Assembly (NCBI GenBank): GCA_043824255.1
Contig: JBDRTG010000029.1
Span: forward strand, 9,538 to 73,537
DNA from: a bacterium
GTDB lineage: Bacteria > JAHJDO01
DNA: 64,000 nucleotides
Reading direction: 5' to 3'
In this document: piece after piece, positions 50,969 through 60,788 of the stretch
Numbering within the stretch: position 1 is the first letter of the stretch
Layout of the letters: every line of letters begins with the position of its first letter
The notes under the pieces: model-generated
Database searches by the model: none
What the model was told of the DNA's origin: nothing
The model's input: only the letters and a program-made list of their open reading frames with translations
Program-made: the position numbers and the translations under genes

Positions 50969-53323
50969 TTACTTCACTTCCTTCCATGTATAGTTAAAAA
51001 CAACTGCTCCGGGAAGAGCGTTCTCATCCCGGCGGTTGCGTCTGAATGTTCTCGCGTCATAAGTAACTCTTAGATTGGATATAGGACTGGTGGTGTTTAT
51101 CTTAATGCCGTGCTTGGCAGTTAGATTTCCAATAATATTTAAATTGGTATAATCCTCTTCCTCCAATCTAAAGAAACGATTGGAATGAATGCAGGCATAG
51201 ATATCCGGTGGAGAAGGAGTGGGCTTAATATAGATTTGCTTGGCAAAGTGACAATTGTCATTGGTAGTAACATATAGGTTATACCACCAGCTCGTGGTCA
51301 GACTGGGAAGAGTAAATCTACAAGTAATATAGGTACCATCATTGACCTCACCAATCGGGGAGCGGTTCCAGGTAGAAAGGGTATAGTTACTCAATTGAAT
51401 CCCTGAAATTGTAGTGAAAGAAGTCTTAGCTTTGATTTTAAGATAGACAGTTCCTCCGTTATCAAACCCGCTTGTCTCTTCAGTAAAACCTGAATCCTCA
51501 TAACATCTGATGGAATTTTGGGGCTCAGAAGGCCCCCCTCTAATAAAATAAGCAAGAGCTTTCCTTCTCGCCTGAGTATCAGGATTTTCCCAACTTCTTC
51601 TGGTAATTCCCACTCGAAAGTAATACCAGTCATCGGCTGGCAAAGCGCTGGTATGAAATCTGTAGGAATGGTCACGACGGCGGGCACCGCCATTCATAGG
51701 TATTTCACCACTATCATAAGTTCCATCATAGTTGAATCCCCTTAAGAAACCATATCCATTATACCCATGATCAAAACTTATAGTAATATACTCATTATCA
51801 AAAGTAAGTTTGCTCGTTCCGGAATCATCCTGAATATCTAATTCTATACTTCCCTCTGTATAAGGAGGCTCAACAATCAAGTCTTCCTGTTTATACTTGG
51901 TATCATAAAAAGAAACTAATGCCAAGTTAGTTCTATTTCCAGAGGCTGGTTCAATGGGGCCTGTAATCGTGATATCTCCTCCTCCTGAAACAATCGTCCC
52001 TGTTCCAACTCTCCCGGTATTTCCCGGGCGATGGTATTCTACATTTCCAATCGTTACCTTCCCTTCCACATAGATAAGGGCTGGACTCGATGATCCGCCT
52101 AATTGCACTAAATCGGTAAAGGTAGCGTCTCCAGGATGATAGTTTCCTTGGGCAATTGCCCTTTCCCGATAATAGTCGCGAGTAACATCATCTAAATATG
52201 GAGGAGTAATCGGATCAACATTGTCCTCCTTTCCTCTTCTCCATGGGTTTCCAATCCAGTTTTCTGTGGTACTTTCTCCAGCAGAATAAACACGTCCATC
52301 AACTACCCAGCCGCTTCCATCCTTGAAGAGAATATCATTATTGGAATGAACATCAGCATCGCCGTCGTTATCATTTCTGGTAGAAAGATTATATTTACTT
52401 GCATCAAAGAGAAGGGTAATGGTATCTGTCAATTGGGCTTCTGTTAAGTTAGCGGAGGTTCCCGAATCGTAAATTGCTTTATAGATATCCCCGCCTGCAG
52501 CCACCGCTGTCATATCACTTGGATTATCAATTACGGTAATGGTGGTGGCAGTATTGCCAATAATGGTAAAGAGCTTCTCCTGACTGGTATTGGGATTCAG
52601 GTCCCTGCCTTTTAAGATATCTTCTGTCCAATTGGCGCTGTTATCGGTTAATATCGTGGCAGTAAGACTGCTTGATGTTCCCTGCGCGTAAATAGCGTAA
52701 GGGTCCCCTACGCCAGCCACAGCGGTCATCCCGCCTGAGGTAGTAATGGTGTTTGCGGTATTCGCTGTAATAGTGAAATCCGTTGTCTGTCCTGTGTTAG
52801 GATTGAGCTTTAGATGGACTAACTTATCAGCCGGCCAGGACGGACTGCTGGCATTGTCGGTATAGATAGCGTAGTTATAGACAGGATGCGCTCCTTCTAC
52901 AATGCCGTAGCTTCCTTTAATCTTTACCACACGCATTGAGCGGTAATTGTCTTTTTGCGGAACATAGCCTCTGGAGATTACAATCTTTTCATCATCCACC
53001 TCATCGTCATAGACCTCTAATGTGTAGGTTCCTGAACCCAACTGTTTCTCAGAGGTTTCGGCGGTAATCCATAAATTATCCTGAGTAGTGAGATACCAGA
53101 CAGCATACTGCCTGCCAGCTTCAGCGATCTGCAAAGCCTGCTGAGACGCTAAAAAATTGACCTTGCCAGCGCTTTGCGTGGAAAAAAGAGGACATATTAC
53201 AAGTCCCAGAAGAGAGAAAAGAATCAGAACAAAAACAGCCATAAGCGCCGCTACGCCGTTTCTATTGAATATTGTGGAATCTTTTACCTTCGGATTTCGG
53301 ATTTCGGATTTCGGATTTTTCAT
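50969..53323 (-). CDS. Large PilX/MshP-like minor pilin with inserted repeat domains
   Basis: GVALM-like prepilin motif, QALQIAEAG, C-terminal WKEV. Confidence 0.75.
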   Translation of the reverse strand: MKNPKSEIRNPKVKDSTIFNRNGVAALMAVFVLILFSLLGLVICPLFSTQSAGKVNFLASQQALQIAEAGRQYAVWYLTTQDNLWITAETSEKQLGSGTYTLEVYDDEVDDEKIVISRGYVPQKDNYRSMRVVKIKGSYGIVEGAHPVYNYAIYTDNASSPSWPADKLVHLKLNPNTGQTTDFTITANTANTITTSGGMTAVAGVGDPYAIYAQGTSSSLTATILTDNSANWTEDILKGRDLNPNTSQEKLFTIIGNTATTITVIDNPSDMTAVAAGGDIYKAIYDSGTSANLTEAQLTDTITLLFDASKYNLSTRNDNDGDADVHSNNDILFKDGSGWVVDGRVYSAGESTTENWIGNPWRRGKEDNVDPITPPYLDDVTRDYYRERAIAQGNYHPGDATFTDLVQLGGSSSPALIYVEGKVTIGNVEYHRPGNTGRVGTGTIVSGGGDITITGPIEPASGNRTNLALVSFYDTKYKQEDLIVEPPYTEGSIELDIQDDSGTSKLTFDNEYITISFDHGYNGYGFLRGFNYDGTYDSGEIPMNGGARRRDHSYRFHTSALPADDWYYFRVGITRRSWENPDTQARRKALAYFIRGGPSEPQNSIRCYEDSGFTEETSGFDNGGTVYLKIKAKTSFTTISGIQLSNYTLSTWNRSPIGEVNDGTYITCRFTLPSLTTSWWYNLYVTTNDNCHFAKQIYIKPTPSPPDIYACIHSNRFFRLEEEDYTNLNIIGNLTAKHGIKINTTSPISNLRVTYDARTFRRNRRDENALPGAVVFNYTWKEVK

Positions 53324-53856
53324 TTCAGGTTCCTCGGATAGACTTGAGACTGCAATGCTATCTCTTCGTCTCCTTTTTTAATAGTAAGGTTTATTTGAAT
53401 TCTTTTAATATTTGCTGGAATTGCAACCGGAGTAGATAGGACAATGTTATCTTTGTCTCTATATTGAAACTGTAAGGTAGTCAAATCAGAGGAAGCTAAA
53501 CCGTCATCGTTGCGTTTGATAGTGTTACTATCCAGCCAGAACCTGATCCGCTCCTGATAAGCATCCTCAAAATCTATTTCATGGGCATCAGCAGTATAAA
53601 TGCTTTCTGCATCTTCAATCTGCCTGATCTCTCTTGACATTCTTCCCATAGCTAATTCGCCATCAGATAAAACAACTTCTCTTACAGTTACGAAACTGTA
53701 CACGTTCATCACTTGCAATAACAGCATCGCAGTAATGCCCGCTATTATGCCTGTTATTACAATTACCATGATGAGTTCAATTATTGTAAAAGCTTTGGAA
53801 TTAGGAATTAGTCTTTTTGATTTTCGGATTTCGGATTTCGGATTTCGGATTTGCAT
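53320..53856 (-). CDS. Minor pilin (MshO/PilW-like)
   Basis: AFTIIELIMVIVITGII, RMSREIR, VYPRN. Confidence 0.85.
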   Translation of the reverse strand: MQIRNPKSEIRKSKRLIPNSKAFTIIELIMVIVITGIIAGITAMLLLQVMNVYSFVTVREVVLSDGELAMGRMSREIRQIEDAESIYTADAHEIDFEDAYQERIRFWLDSNTIKRNDDGLASSDLTTLQFQYRDKDNIVLSTPVAIPANIKRIQINLTIKKGDEEIALQSQVYPRNLK

Positions 53857-53859
53857 TTT

Positions 53860-54315
53860 TCAGTATCCTTGCATTACTGTAACCAATTCTATATCTCCTA
53901 TCTGAGTATGGCTAATCGTTACAATAATCTTCTTGAAATCGGTAGGACCTGTTACTTCTGTATTTAAATCTCCAGGTTCAACATAATAGACATCTACAGA
54001 ACTGCTGTAATTTGGATAGCCGCTAATGGGATCTTCACTATATCCCTTAAAATCATCAACATCATCATAATCATCTCTGGTTGCTTCTTCAGGACCTAAT
54101 GTTACTGTCCACGGAGGATCCGTGTTCTCGTCGTATCTTTTACTCTCTATTTCTTCAATTAAATCCTGGCCTAAAAGAGTAGCCGTGGGGACAAACTGTC
54201 CTTCAGCGCTCTTAGCGACTACATTGCTAAACATAATAAGAAGGGGCAGCATAGCTATAGAAAGAACCACTATTACTATAATTATCTCTATTAGAGTCAT
54301 TCCACGATTTTTCAT
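53860..54315 (-). CDS. Minor pilin (MshD/PilV-like)
   Basis: GMTLIEIIIVIV, EEI....YDE, YDDVDDF. Confidence 0.85.
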   Translation of the reverse strand: MKNRGMTLIEIIIVIVVLSIAMLPLLIMFSNVVAKSAEGQFVPTATLLGQDLIEEIESKRYDENTDPPWTVTLGPEEATRDDYDDVDDFKGYSEDPISGYPNYSSSVDVYYVEPGDLNTEVTGPTDFKKIIVTISHTQIGDIELVTVMQGY

Positions 54316-54316
54316 C

Positions 54317-54823
54317 TTACTTCACTAGTTCTATCTTTCCCGTATTAGGAGTTACCTGTATAGAAATTTGCTCACCACTACATTTTAGCACTACCTCGCC
54401 AGTTGCTGCTAACGGAGTATCTGATGCGTCAGAGGGCGTGCCAAAGCAGTCAAATCTTACTTCATTTCCGCCTGTAAAGTTAGCTGAGTAAAGATCAACT
54501 CCTTCAAAATGTTCTTCATCATCATAATCCACAATTAAAGAAGATCCGGGACGATGGGGATCTTCTACCGGGGTATCTGCGCCGTCCTGATATACTGTGT
54601 ATTTCTCTTGAGTGGGTTCAAATAAAATTCCATGTGTCTGATGTCTGGACATAGCCAGCTTTTGGGCGTATTTCATATCAGAAACTAGTTTTTGCCCTGC
54701 CCCATCAAGCTTAAATGAATGAATGCCTCCAATTTTTGGTATTAGAACTACCGCTAAAATAGAAATAATTAAAATCACCATAATTAACTCAATTATCGTA
54801 AAAGCATTTTTCGTCTTCAACAT
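54317..54823 (-). CDS. Minor pilin (MshC/FimT-like; start moved to 54823)
   Basis: AFTIIELIMVILIISILAVVLIP, DMKYAQKLAM, FD..G.P. Confidence 0.85.
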   Translation of the reverse strand: MLKTKNAFTIIELIMVILIISILAVVLIPKIGGIHSFKLDGAGQKLVSDMKYAQKLAMSRHQTHGILFEPTQEKYTVYQDGADTPVEDPHRPGSSLIVDYDDEEHFEGVDLYSANFTGGNEVRFDCFGTPSDASDTPLAATGEVVLKCSGEQISIQVTPNTGKIELVK

Positions 54824-54841
54824 ATTCTTGGACTTTCTATC

Positions 54842-55038
54842 TAAATATTCAGTGAACTCCGTTAGTGTAAATTTAAAAATTTCAAGTACCAAGCACCAAA
54901 TAACAAACAAATCACAATGACCAAATAATCAATGATTAAAACTAGTCGGTCTTTGAATTTTGCAATTTTGAATTTGTTTGAGATTTGTTATTTGTGATTT
55001 GATATTTCATCTCCATAGTGTGCTTTAGTGAGTATTTA
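54842..55038. repeat. About 200 bp quasi-palindromic element made of degenerate heptamers
   Basis: A/C-rich arm (54876-54922) and T/G-rich arm (54951-55007); bounded by TAAATATTCA and TGAGTATTTA. Confidence 0.6.
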
Positions 55039-55121
55039 CCTTAATCAAATCATCCATAGAAATCAAGATAATTTTACGAGCCTAATTTGACACAACTGTT
55101 TTATTATGATACAAATCAAAT

Positions 55122-55874
55122 ATGATGATTAAAAAGAAACAAATTCTGGTAATAGAAAATACGCCTGATGTGGCTAGATATTTGAAGGAGAAATTAGAAA
55201 GTTGGGGATTTGAAGTAACTATAGCTTCATCTGGGAGAGCTGCTTTAAATAAGATATCAGAAACGCTGCCTGACCTTATTCTATTGGAAGAGAACATGCC
55301 GGGGATGGATGGAATTCACAGTCTTCGTTTGATAAGAAATTTTAACGAAGATATTCCTGTAATAATGTTAGCTGATTATGTTCCTCAGGAATTAATAGAT
55401 GAGAAAGAAAATCTCAAAATAGCAGGATTCGCCCCTAAAGGATATGAATTTAACAAATCAGCTATAATGATTCGAGAGGCTCTTCTAAAAAAGGAAAAAA
55501 TTTCTGAGAAGAAGAAAATTCTGGTGGTAGAAGACGAGCCGGATGTTCGTAAAGCTCTCAAAATACGCCTGGAGGATAGCAACTGGGATGTCCTTTTAGC
55601 TTCTGATGGAGATGAAGCTTTAAAAGAAATCCGAAAGTCTCACATTGATCTCATTATTTTGGATATTATGCTTCCTAAAATGAATGGTTATAAAATATGC
55701 CGCCTTATCAAATTTGATGCCAAGTACAAACATATACCGGTAATAATGCTAACAGTGAGAGCAGAGAAAGAAGATAAAATATCGGGCATGGAGGCTGGAG
55801 CAGAAGAGTATATAACCAAACCCTATTCTTCCGAACTATTAATAGGTAAGATAAGAAAATATTTAGAAGAGTAA
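55122..55874 (+). CDS. Tandem receiver-domain protein
   Basis: REC1 DLILLEENMP (atypical), REC2 DLIILDIMLP. Confidence 0.88.
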   Translation: MMIKKKQILVIENTPDVARYLKEKLESWGFEVTIASSGRAALNKISETLPDLILLEENMPGMDGIHSLRLIRNFNEDIPVIMLADYVPQELIDEKENLKIAGFAPKGYEFNKSAIMIREALLKKEKISEKKKILVVEDEPDVRKALKIRLEDSNWDVLLASDGDEALKEIRKSHIDLIILDIMLPKMNGYKICRLIKFDAKYKHIPVIMLTVRAEKEDKISGMEAGAEEYITKPYSSELLIGKIRKYLEE

Positions 55875-55876
55875 AT

Positions 55877-57352
55877 TTGAAGATATTTAAAGAACTTTCC
55901 TCTGATGCCTTTCTCCAGAAAATAGATGCGATTATAGATGAAGGGATTATAGTTGCTGATAAAAATTATAATTTCATATTTCTCAACCCATCAGCTAGAA
56001 GAATACTAGAAATAGGACCTAAAGAGAACTTATCCAGGAAACTCCAGGAAGAGATATTTGTTCCTTTATTTCGCGAATTGAACGAACCCGGAAAAAAGAC
56101 AATAAACAAAGAACTTAAAATATTTTTGCCATTAAAAGAAAGGGAAAAGGTCATAAAAACAGCGCTTGTGCCAATAGACGAAAAAGACATGAATTCAGGA
56201 TTTATAATTTCCCTTTTTGATGTAAGCTCCCAGAAGGAAAGGGAGAAGTTCCAGTCAGAGCTGATATCCCATGTCTCTCATGAGTTACGCACTCCTCTGA
56301 CTACTATCAAAGAGTTCATTTCTATTCTTCTGGATGGTTTAGCAGGCGAGTTGAATCCTACCCAGAAAGATTATTTAGGTATAACTCATAACAATATAAA
56401 TAGATTAGGCAGGATCATCTCAACTCTTCTTGATGTTTCTCGGTTAGAAGCAGGAAAAGTTAAACTTAATTTGGAAATCGCCAGTATAAAGAGACTCATT
56501 AAGCAGACTGTTTACTTCCTAAAGCCCCATGCAGACAAAAAAAATATCTCTTTGGCTGCAGTTTCTTTTCCCGCCTATTTCCCATACGCTTACATAGATG
56601 TGGATAGAATAACGCAGGTTTTAACTAATTTAATAGAGAATGCAATCAAACATACTCCGCCTGGCGGAAAAATTAAAGTAAATGCAAAAAAAGATAAAGA
56701 ATTTATTAGGGTTTCTGTTATTGATAATGGCGAGGGCATTCCTCCTGAAGATACAGAAAGAATTTTTACCACTTTCTATCAAATTGGTATAGAAGCGGGC
56801 CCTGGAGCTAAAGGATTAGGATTAGGTTTGCCTATATGTAAAGAAATTATTAAACTGCATCGCGGCGAAATCTGGGTAGAAAGCAGGAAAGGCAAAGGTT
56901 CTGATTTTAGTTTTACCGTTCCGTGTTATAAAATGAAAGGATTAAGTGAATATGTAGAAGATAATGTTAATTTTTCCCGGGTAATTGGAAGAGAATTTAG
57001 CATTCTACGTATAGAAGTAGAAAACATTCACGGCATAGAAAAGAAACTGGGGAAAGAGGGAATTATAATCAAAAGAATAAAAAAGAGTCTTGAAGAAAAA
57101 CTACGCAAGGCTGTTGATTACGGACCTCTGCAAAAAGGCAGTAGTTTATTCATTGGACTGCCCAACAGTAATGTGAAACAATCTTCCGCTTTAGCGGAGA
57201 GACTGGTAAAAGAGTTAAAAGCTATGCAGTTCTCCATTCCTCTTTCTTTAATAATAAGAATTGCAACCTATCCGGCTGATGGCGGCACAGCGGAAGAATT
57301 GATTAAAAGTTGCATGAGCACCAGCAAGGAGAAAAAATTTAAAATTGGCTAA
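55877..57352 (+). CDS. PAS sensor histidine kinase with degenerate C-terminal GGDEF-like domain
   Basis: SHELRTPL, NLIENAIK, DNGEGI, GLGLGL; IATYPADG..AEEL tail. Confidence 0.88.
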   Translation: MKIFKELSSDAFLQKIDAIIDEGIIVADKNYNFIFLNPSARRILEIGPKENLSRKLQEEIFVPLFRELNEPGKKTINKELKIFLPLKEREKVIKTALVPIDEKDMNSGFIISLFDVSSQKEREKFQSELISHVSHELRTPLTTIKEFISILLDGLAGELNPTQKDYLGITHNNINRLGRIISTLLDVSRLEAGKVKLNLEIASIKRLIKQTVYFLKPHADKKNISLAAVSFPAYFPYAYIDVDRITQVLTNLIENAIKHTPPGGKIKVNAKKDKEFIRVSVIDNGEGIPPEDTERIFTTFYQIGIEAGPGAKGLGLGLPICKEIIKLHRGEIWVESRKGKGSDFSFTVPCYKMKGLSEYVEDNVNFSRVIGREFSILRIEVENIHGIEKKLGKEGIIIKRIKKSLEEKLRKAVDYGPLQKGSSLFIGLPNSNVKQSSALAERLVKELKAMQFSIPLSLIIRIATYPADGGTAEELIKSCMSTSKEKKFKIG

Positions 57353-57734
57353 AAAGATATTAGTAGTAGATGATGAAGTAGAGTTAACCAAAGCTATGAC
57401 GATCAGGTTAACTGCAGCAGGTTATGAGGTGAGCATTGCTCATGATGGAGAGGAAGCTTTAAAAAAAGCCCGCCAGGAGAAGCCTGATCTTATTATTTTG
57501 GACTTGATGTTACCCAAAATAGATGGGTATAAGGTGTGCCGTCTTCTTAAATTCGACCAGAAGTATAGAGAGATACCTATAATAATGGTTACTGCCAGGG
57601 TTGAGGAAGATGATAAGAGATTGGGCATGGAGACAGGCGCTGATGAATATATTACAAAACCATTTGACTGGTCAGACCTTTTGGAAAAAATAACTAAATT
57701 TATACCACGTGAGGAGAGAGAGGAGAAAGAATGA
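57345..57734 (+). CDS. Single-domain response regulator
   Basis: VVDDE, ILDLMLP, TKPF. Confidence 0.92.
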   Translation: MAKKILVVDDEVELTKAMTIRLTAAGYEVSIAHDGEEALKKARQEKPDLIILDLMLPKIDGYKVCRLLKFDQKYREIPIIMVTARVEEDDKRLGMETGADEYITKPFDWSDLLEKITKFIPREEREEKE

Positions 57735-58102
57735 GTGAGAAAATTCTGATAGTAGAAGACGAAGAAGACCTGAGAAAAGCCCTGGAGATCAGACTAAAGC
57801 AGCATAATTTCAGAGTAATTATGAGTAAAGATGGTGAAGATGGTCTGAAGAAGGCTAAAGAGGAATTTCCCGACCTGATTATTCTGGATGTCGTTCTACC
57901 AAAAATGAGCGGGTTTGAAGCTTGCCATCGCTTAAAAGCTGATCCTAAATATAAACATATTCCTGTAATAATGCTCAGTATCAAATCATCAGAGGATGCA
58001 GTAAAAAAAGGGTATGAGAATGGCACTGATGAATATATTACAAAACCATTTGATTGGCCTTTTCTTTTTGAAAAAATCAAAAGTCTCCTTTCCAAAAAAT
58101 GA
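57731..58102 (+). CDS. Single-domain response regulator
   Basis: VEDE, ILDVVLP, TKPF. Confidence 0.92.
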   Translation: MSEKILIVEDEEDLRKALEIRLKQHNFRVIMSKDGEDGLKKAKEEFPDLIILDVVLPKMSGFEACHRLKADPKYKHIPVIMLSIKSSEDAVKKGYENGTDEYITKPFDWPFLFEKIKSLLSKK

Positions 58103-58107
58103 GGTGA

Positions 58108-59958
58108 ATGAAAATGGACCAAGAAAATCTGGGACAGAGTCTTCTCTCTAAAGGCCTAATTTCCGAAGAACAACTGGATGAGGCTTTATCAAGAGCAAAG
58201 AGAGGCAAACTAGCTCTATCTCAAGTATTGATAGAGATGGGATTTGTTACCAAGGAAGAAGCGTATAGCATTATAGCTGAAGAAATAGATGTTCCTTATG
58301 TGGACATGTCCAATTATATTGTGGACCCGAAGGTTATTAATCTGATAGATGGAGAAGATGCTACGCAAAACCTGATTTATCCCCTGTTCAAAATAGAAAA
58401 TACTCTAACTATAGCTATGGCAGACCCTACGGATCTGGCGACTATAGATAAAGTGAGAATGAAAACTAATTTGGAAATAGAAGCCTGCCTGGCTACAGAA
58501 GACGATATACGTGAAGTTATAAGAGGGAGTTATGAAAAAGGCGATACAACAGCTCTTGGACTTATAGAGGATGTGGAGGAGCTCATTAAAATTAGCCCTG
58601 AATCCTTAACCGAGGTTGCAACTAGTACTCCAGTGAGTAAGTTAGTAGATATTATTCTAACTCAAGCTGCAAGAGATGGAGCCAGTGACATTCATATTGA
58701 ACCTGATGAAGATTCTTTAAGAATTCGTTTCCGAATAGATGGGATACTCTATGAAATTCCCTCTCCGCCAAAACATTTGGAACTGGCTATTATCTCTCGG
58801 ATAAAAATTCTGTCAAACTTAGACATTGCTACCACACGTCTCCCGCAGGATGGTCATTTTAAACAGGGGCTTGAAGGCAGAGAAATTGATTGCCGAGTTT
58901 CCACTGTACCTACTATCCATGGAGAGAATGTAGTTATTAGAGTCTTAAATCCAACTACTGCCTTACTTGGGCTGGATGAACTGGGTTTTTCTCCTGAAAT
59001 GCTGACTAGATTTGAAGAGATAATATCCCAGCCATGGGGTACTGTTTTGGTTACAGGCCCAACTGGCTCCGGCAAAACTACCACACTATATGCAGCTTTG
59101 AACAGAATTAACACCGTGGAGAAAAATATTGTTACTATTGAGGACCCTGTAGAATATCGACTCGGTCTCATTCGTCAGATTCAGGTAAATCCAAAAGCAG
59201 GCCTTACTTTTGTCAATGGTCTGCGATCTATAGTACGGCAGGACCCTGATGTTATTATGGTTGGAGAGATCAGAGACCATGAAACAGCAGACATTTCTTC
59301 TCAAGCCGCTCTTACCGGACACTTAGTCTTTTCCACACTTCATACTAATGACGCTCCAGGAGCAGTAATTCGCCTGGTGAACATGGGGATAGAGCCTTTC
59401 TTAATCGCCGGGTCTGTGATCGGAGTGGTAGCTCAACGTTTAGTTCGGAGAATATGTACCAGATGCAAGGAATCTTATAAACCAAGCAGAGCCCTTCTGC
59501 GCAGATTAGGATTAGAAGAAAATAAATCACGTGTTTTCTACCGGGGAAGAGGATGTAAAGAATGTAAAGAGACAGGATATAAGGGAAGAGTAAGTCTATT
59601 TGAACTACTAAGAATAAGTGATGGAATAAGAGAGTTGATAATTAAGGGAATATCGTCTACTGCTATTAGGAAAAAAGCGGAAAAAGAAGGAATGAAAGCG
59701 TTAAGAGAAGATGGAATAAGTAAGATTTTGCAGGGTATCACTACTATAGAAGAAGTTACCCGGGTTACTCAGATGACTACTGATATGATGGCTCCTATGG
59801 ATGTCAGCCAGGAAGAAAAGGTGGAAGCAAAGAAAGAGGAAATAAAAGAAAGAAAGATAATAATAGAAGAAAAAGCACCAGCTGCAAGTTGGGGAAAAGC
59901 TCTAAACCTGAACGAATATGAGAACAAGATAACCTCCTGGATTGCAGGGAAAAGATAG
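58108..59958 (+). CDS. pilB: Pilus extension ATPase (PilB/MshE/GspE)
   Basis: ASDIHIEP, GPTGSGKTT, TIEDPVEY, RQDPD, TLHTN, tetracysteine motif. Confidence 0.92.
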   Translation: MKMDQENLGQSLLSKGLISEEQLDEALSRAKRGKLALSQVLIEMGFVTKEEAYSIIAEEIDVPYVDMSNYIVDPKVINLIDGEDATQNLIYPLFKIENTLTIAMADPTDLATIDKVRMKTNLEIEACLATEDDIREVIRGSYEKGDTTALGLIEDVEELIKISPESLTEVATSTPVSKLVDIILTQAARDGASDIHIEPDEDSLRIRFRIDGILYEIPSPPKHLELAIISRIKILSNLDIATTRLPQDGHFKQGLEGREIDCRVSTVPTIHGENVVIRVLNPTTALLGLDELGFSPEMLTRFEEIISQPWGTVLVTGPTGSGKTTTLYAALNRINTVEKNIVTIEDPVEYRLGLIRQIQVNPKAGLTFVNGLRSIVRQDPDVIMVGEIRDHETADISSQAALTGHLVFSTLHTNDAPGAVIRLVNMGIEPFLIAGSVIGVVAQRLVRRICTRCKESYKPSRALLRRLGLEENKSRVFYRGRGCKECKETGYKGRVSLFELLRISDGIRELIIKGISSTAIRKKAEKEGMKALREDGISKILQGITTIEEVTRVTQMTTDMMAPMDVSQEEKVEAKKEEIKERKIIIEEKAPAASWGKALNLNEYENKITSWIAGKR

Positions 59959-59960
59959 AA

Positions 59961-60776
59961 ATGTATGAAAAGTACTGGAAAGTAGAAGAGAAACCTTTTA
60001 AAAACACTCCTGATCCCAGGTACCTGTATTATTCCCCCCAGCACGAAGACGCTTTAATGAAACTCTCATACGCAGTGACTGGAGACATGGGTGGAGCTGT
60101 AATGACCGGTGTGTTTGGCTGTGGAAAGACTATTGTTGGTAAGTCGTTGATGCAGCAGCTGGGTGTGGAAAGATATAATTTTGCATTTGTAGATAATCCC
60201 ATGCTCAGTTTTCCGGACCTTCTTCGGTCCATAGTGAGAAACCTAAACTCTTCTAAGCTGCCTGATAAAAAAACTGAACTCTTGGTAGATTCACTTCTGG
60301 AAATTCTGGAGGGTGTCCTGATAGACAACGACAGGGACGGAAAGAAGACTGTTATAATCGTAGATGAAGCTCATATTATAGATGACCCAAAGGTATTTGA
60401 AGAGTTGAGACTCTTACTCAATTTTCAGACTGAAGGGAAATTTCTCCTGACTCTGCTTCTATTCGGACAGCCAGAACTTAAAAACAAGATATATAATATT
60501 AAACAGTTAGAACAAAGAATGCCTATAAAATGTCATCTGGACAAATTAGAGACAAAAGAGATTTCAGCGTATATGACGCATAGGCTCAAAGTTGCCGGGA
60601 GAGAAGAACCTATTTTTACTTCTGAAGCAATATCAGTAATTCAGGAACATTCAGGTGGTATTCCCAGAAGAATCAATCATATATGTGACCTTTCTATGCT
60701 TGTTGGCTTCGGGAAAAAAGCAGACGAAATAAGCGGGCAATTAGTTCAGCAGGTAATAAAGGATTTTGGGATATAG
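59961..60776 (+). CDS. ExeA/MshM-like AAA ATPase
   Basis: MYEKYW...EKPF.NTPDP, G..GCGKT, DEAH, GQPEL, GIPRRIN. Confidence 0.88.
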   Translation: MYEKYWKVEEKPFKNTPDPRYLYYSPQHEDALMKLSYAVTGDMGGAVMTGVFGCGKTIVGKSLMQQLGVERYNFAFVDNPMLSFPDLLRSIVRNLNSSKLPDKKTELLVDSLLEILEGVLIDNDRDGKKTVIIVDEAHIIDDPKVFEELRLLLNFQTEGKFLLTLLLFGQPELKNKIYNIKQLEQRMPIKCHLDKLETKEISAYMTHRLKVAGREEPIFTSEAISVIQEHSGGIPRRINHICDLSMLVGFGKKADEISGQLVQQVIKDFGI

Positions 60777-60788
60777 GGGGAGAGGGAG

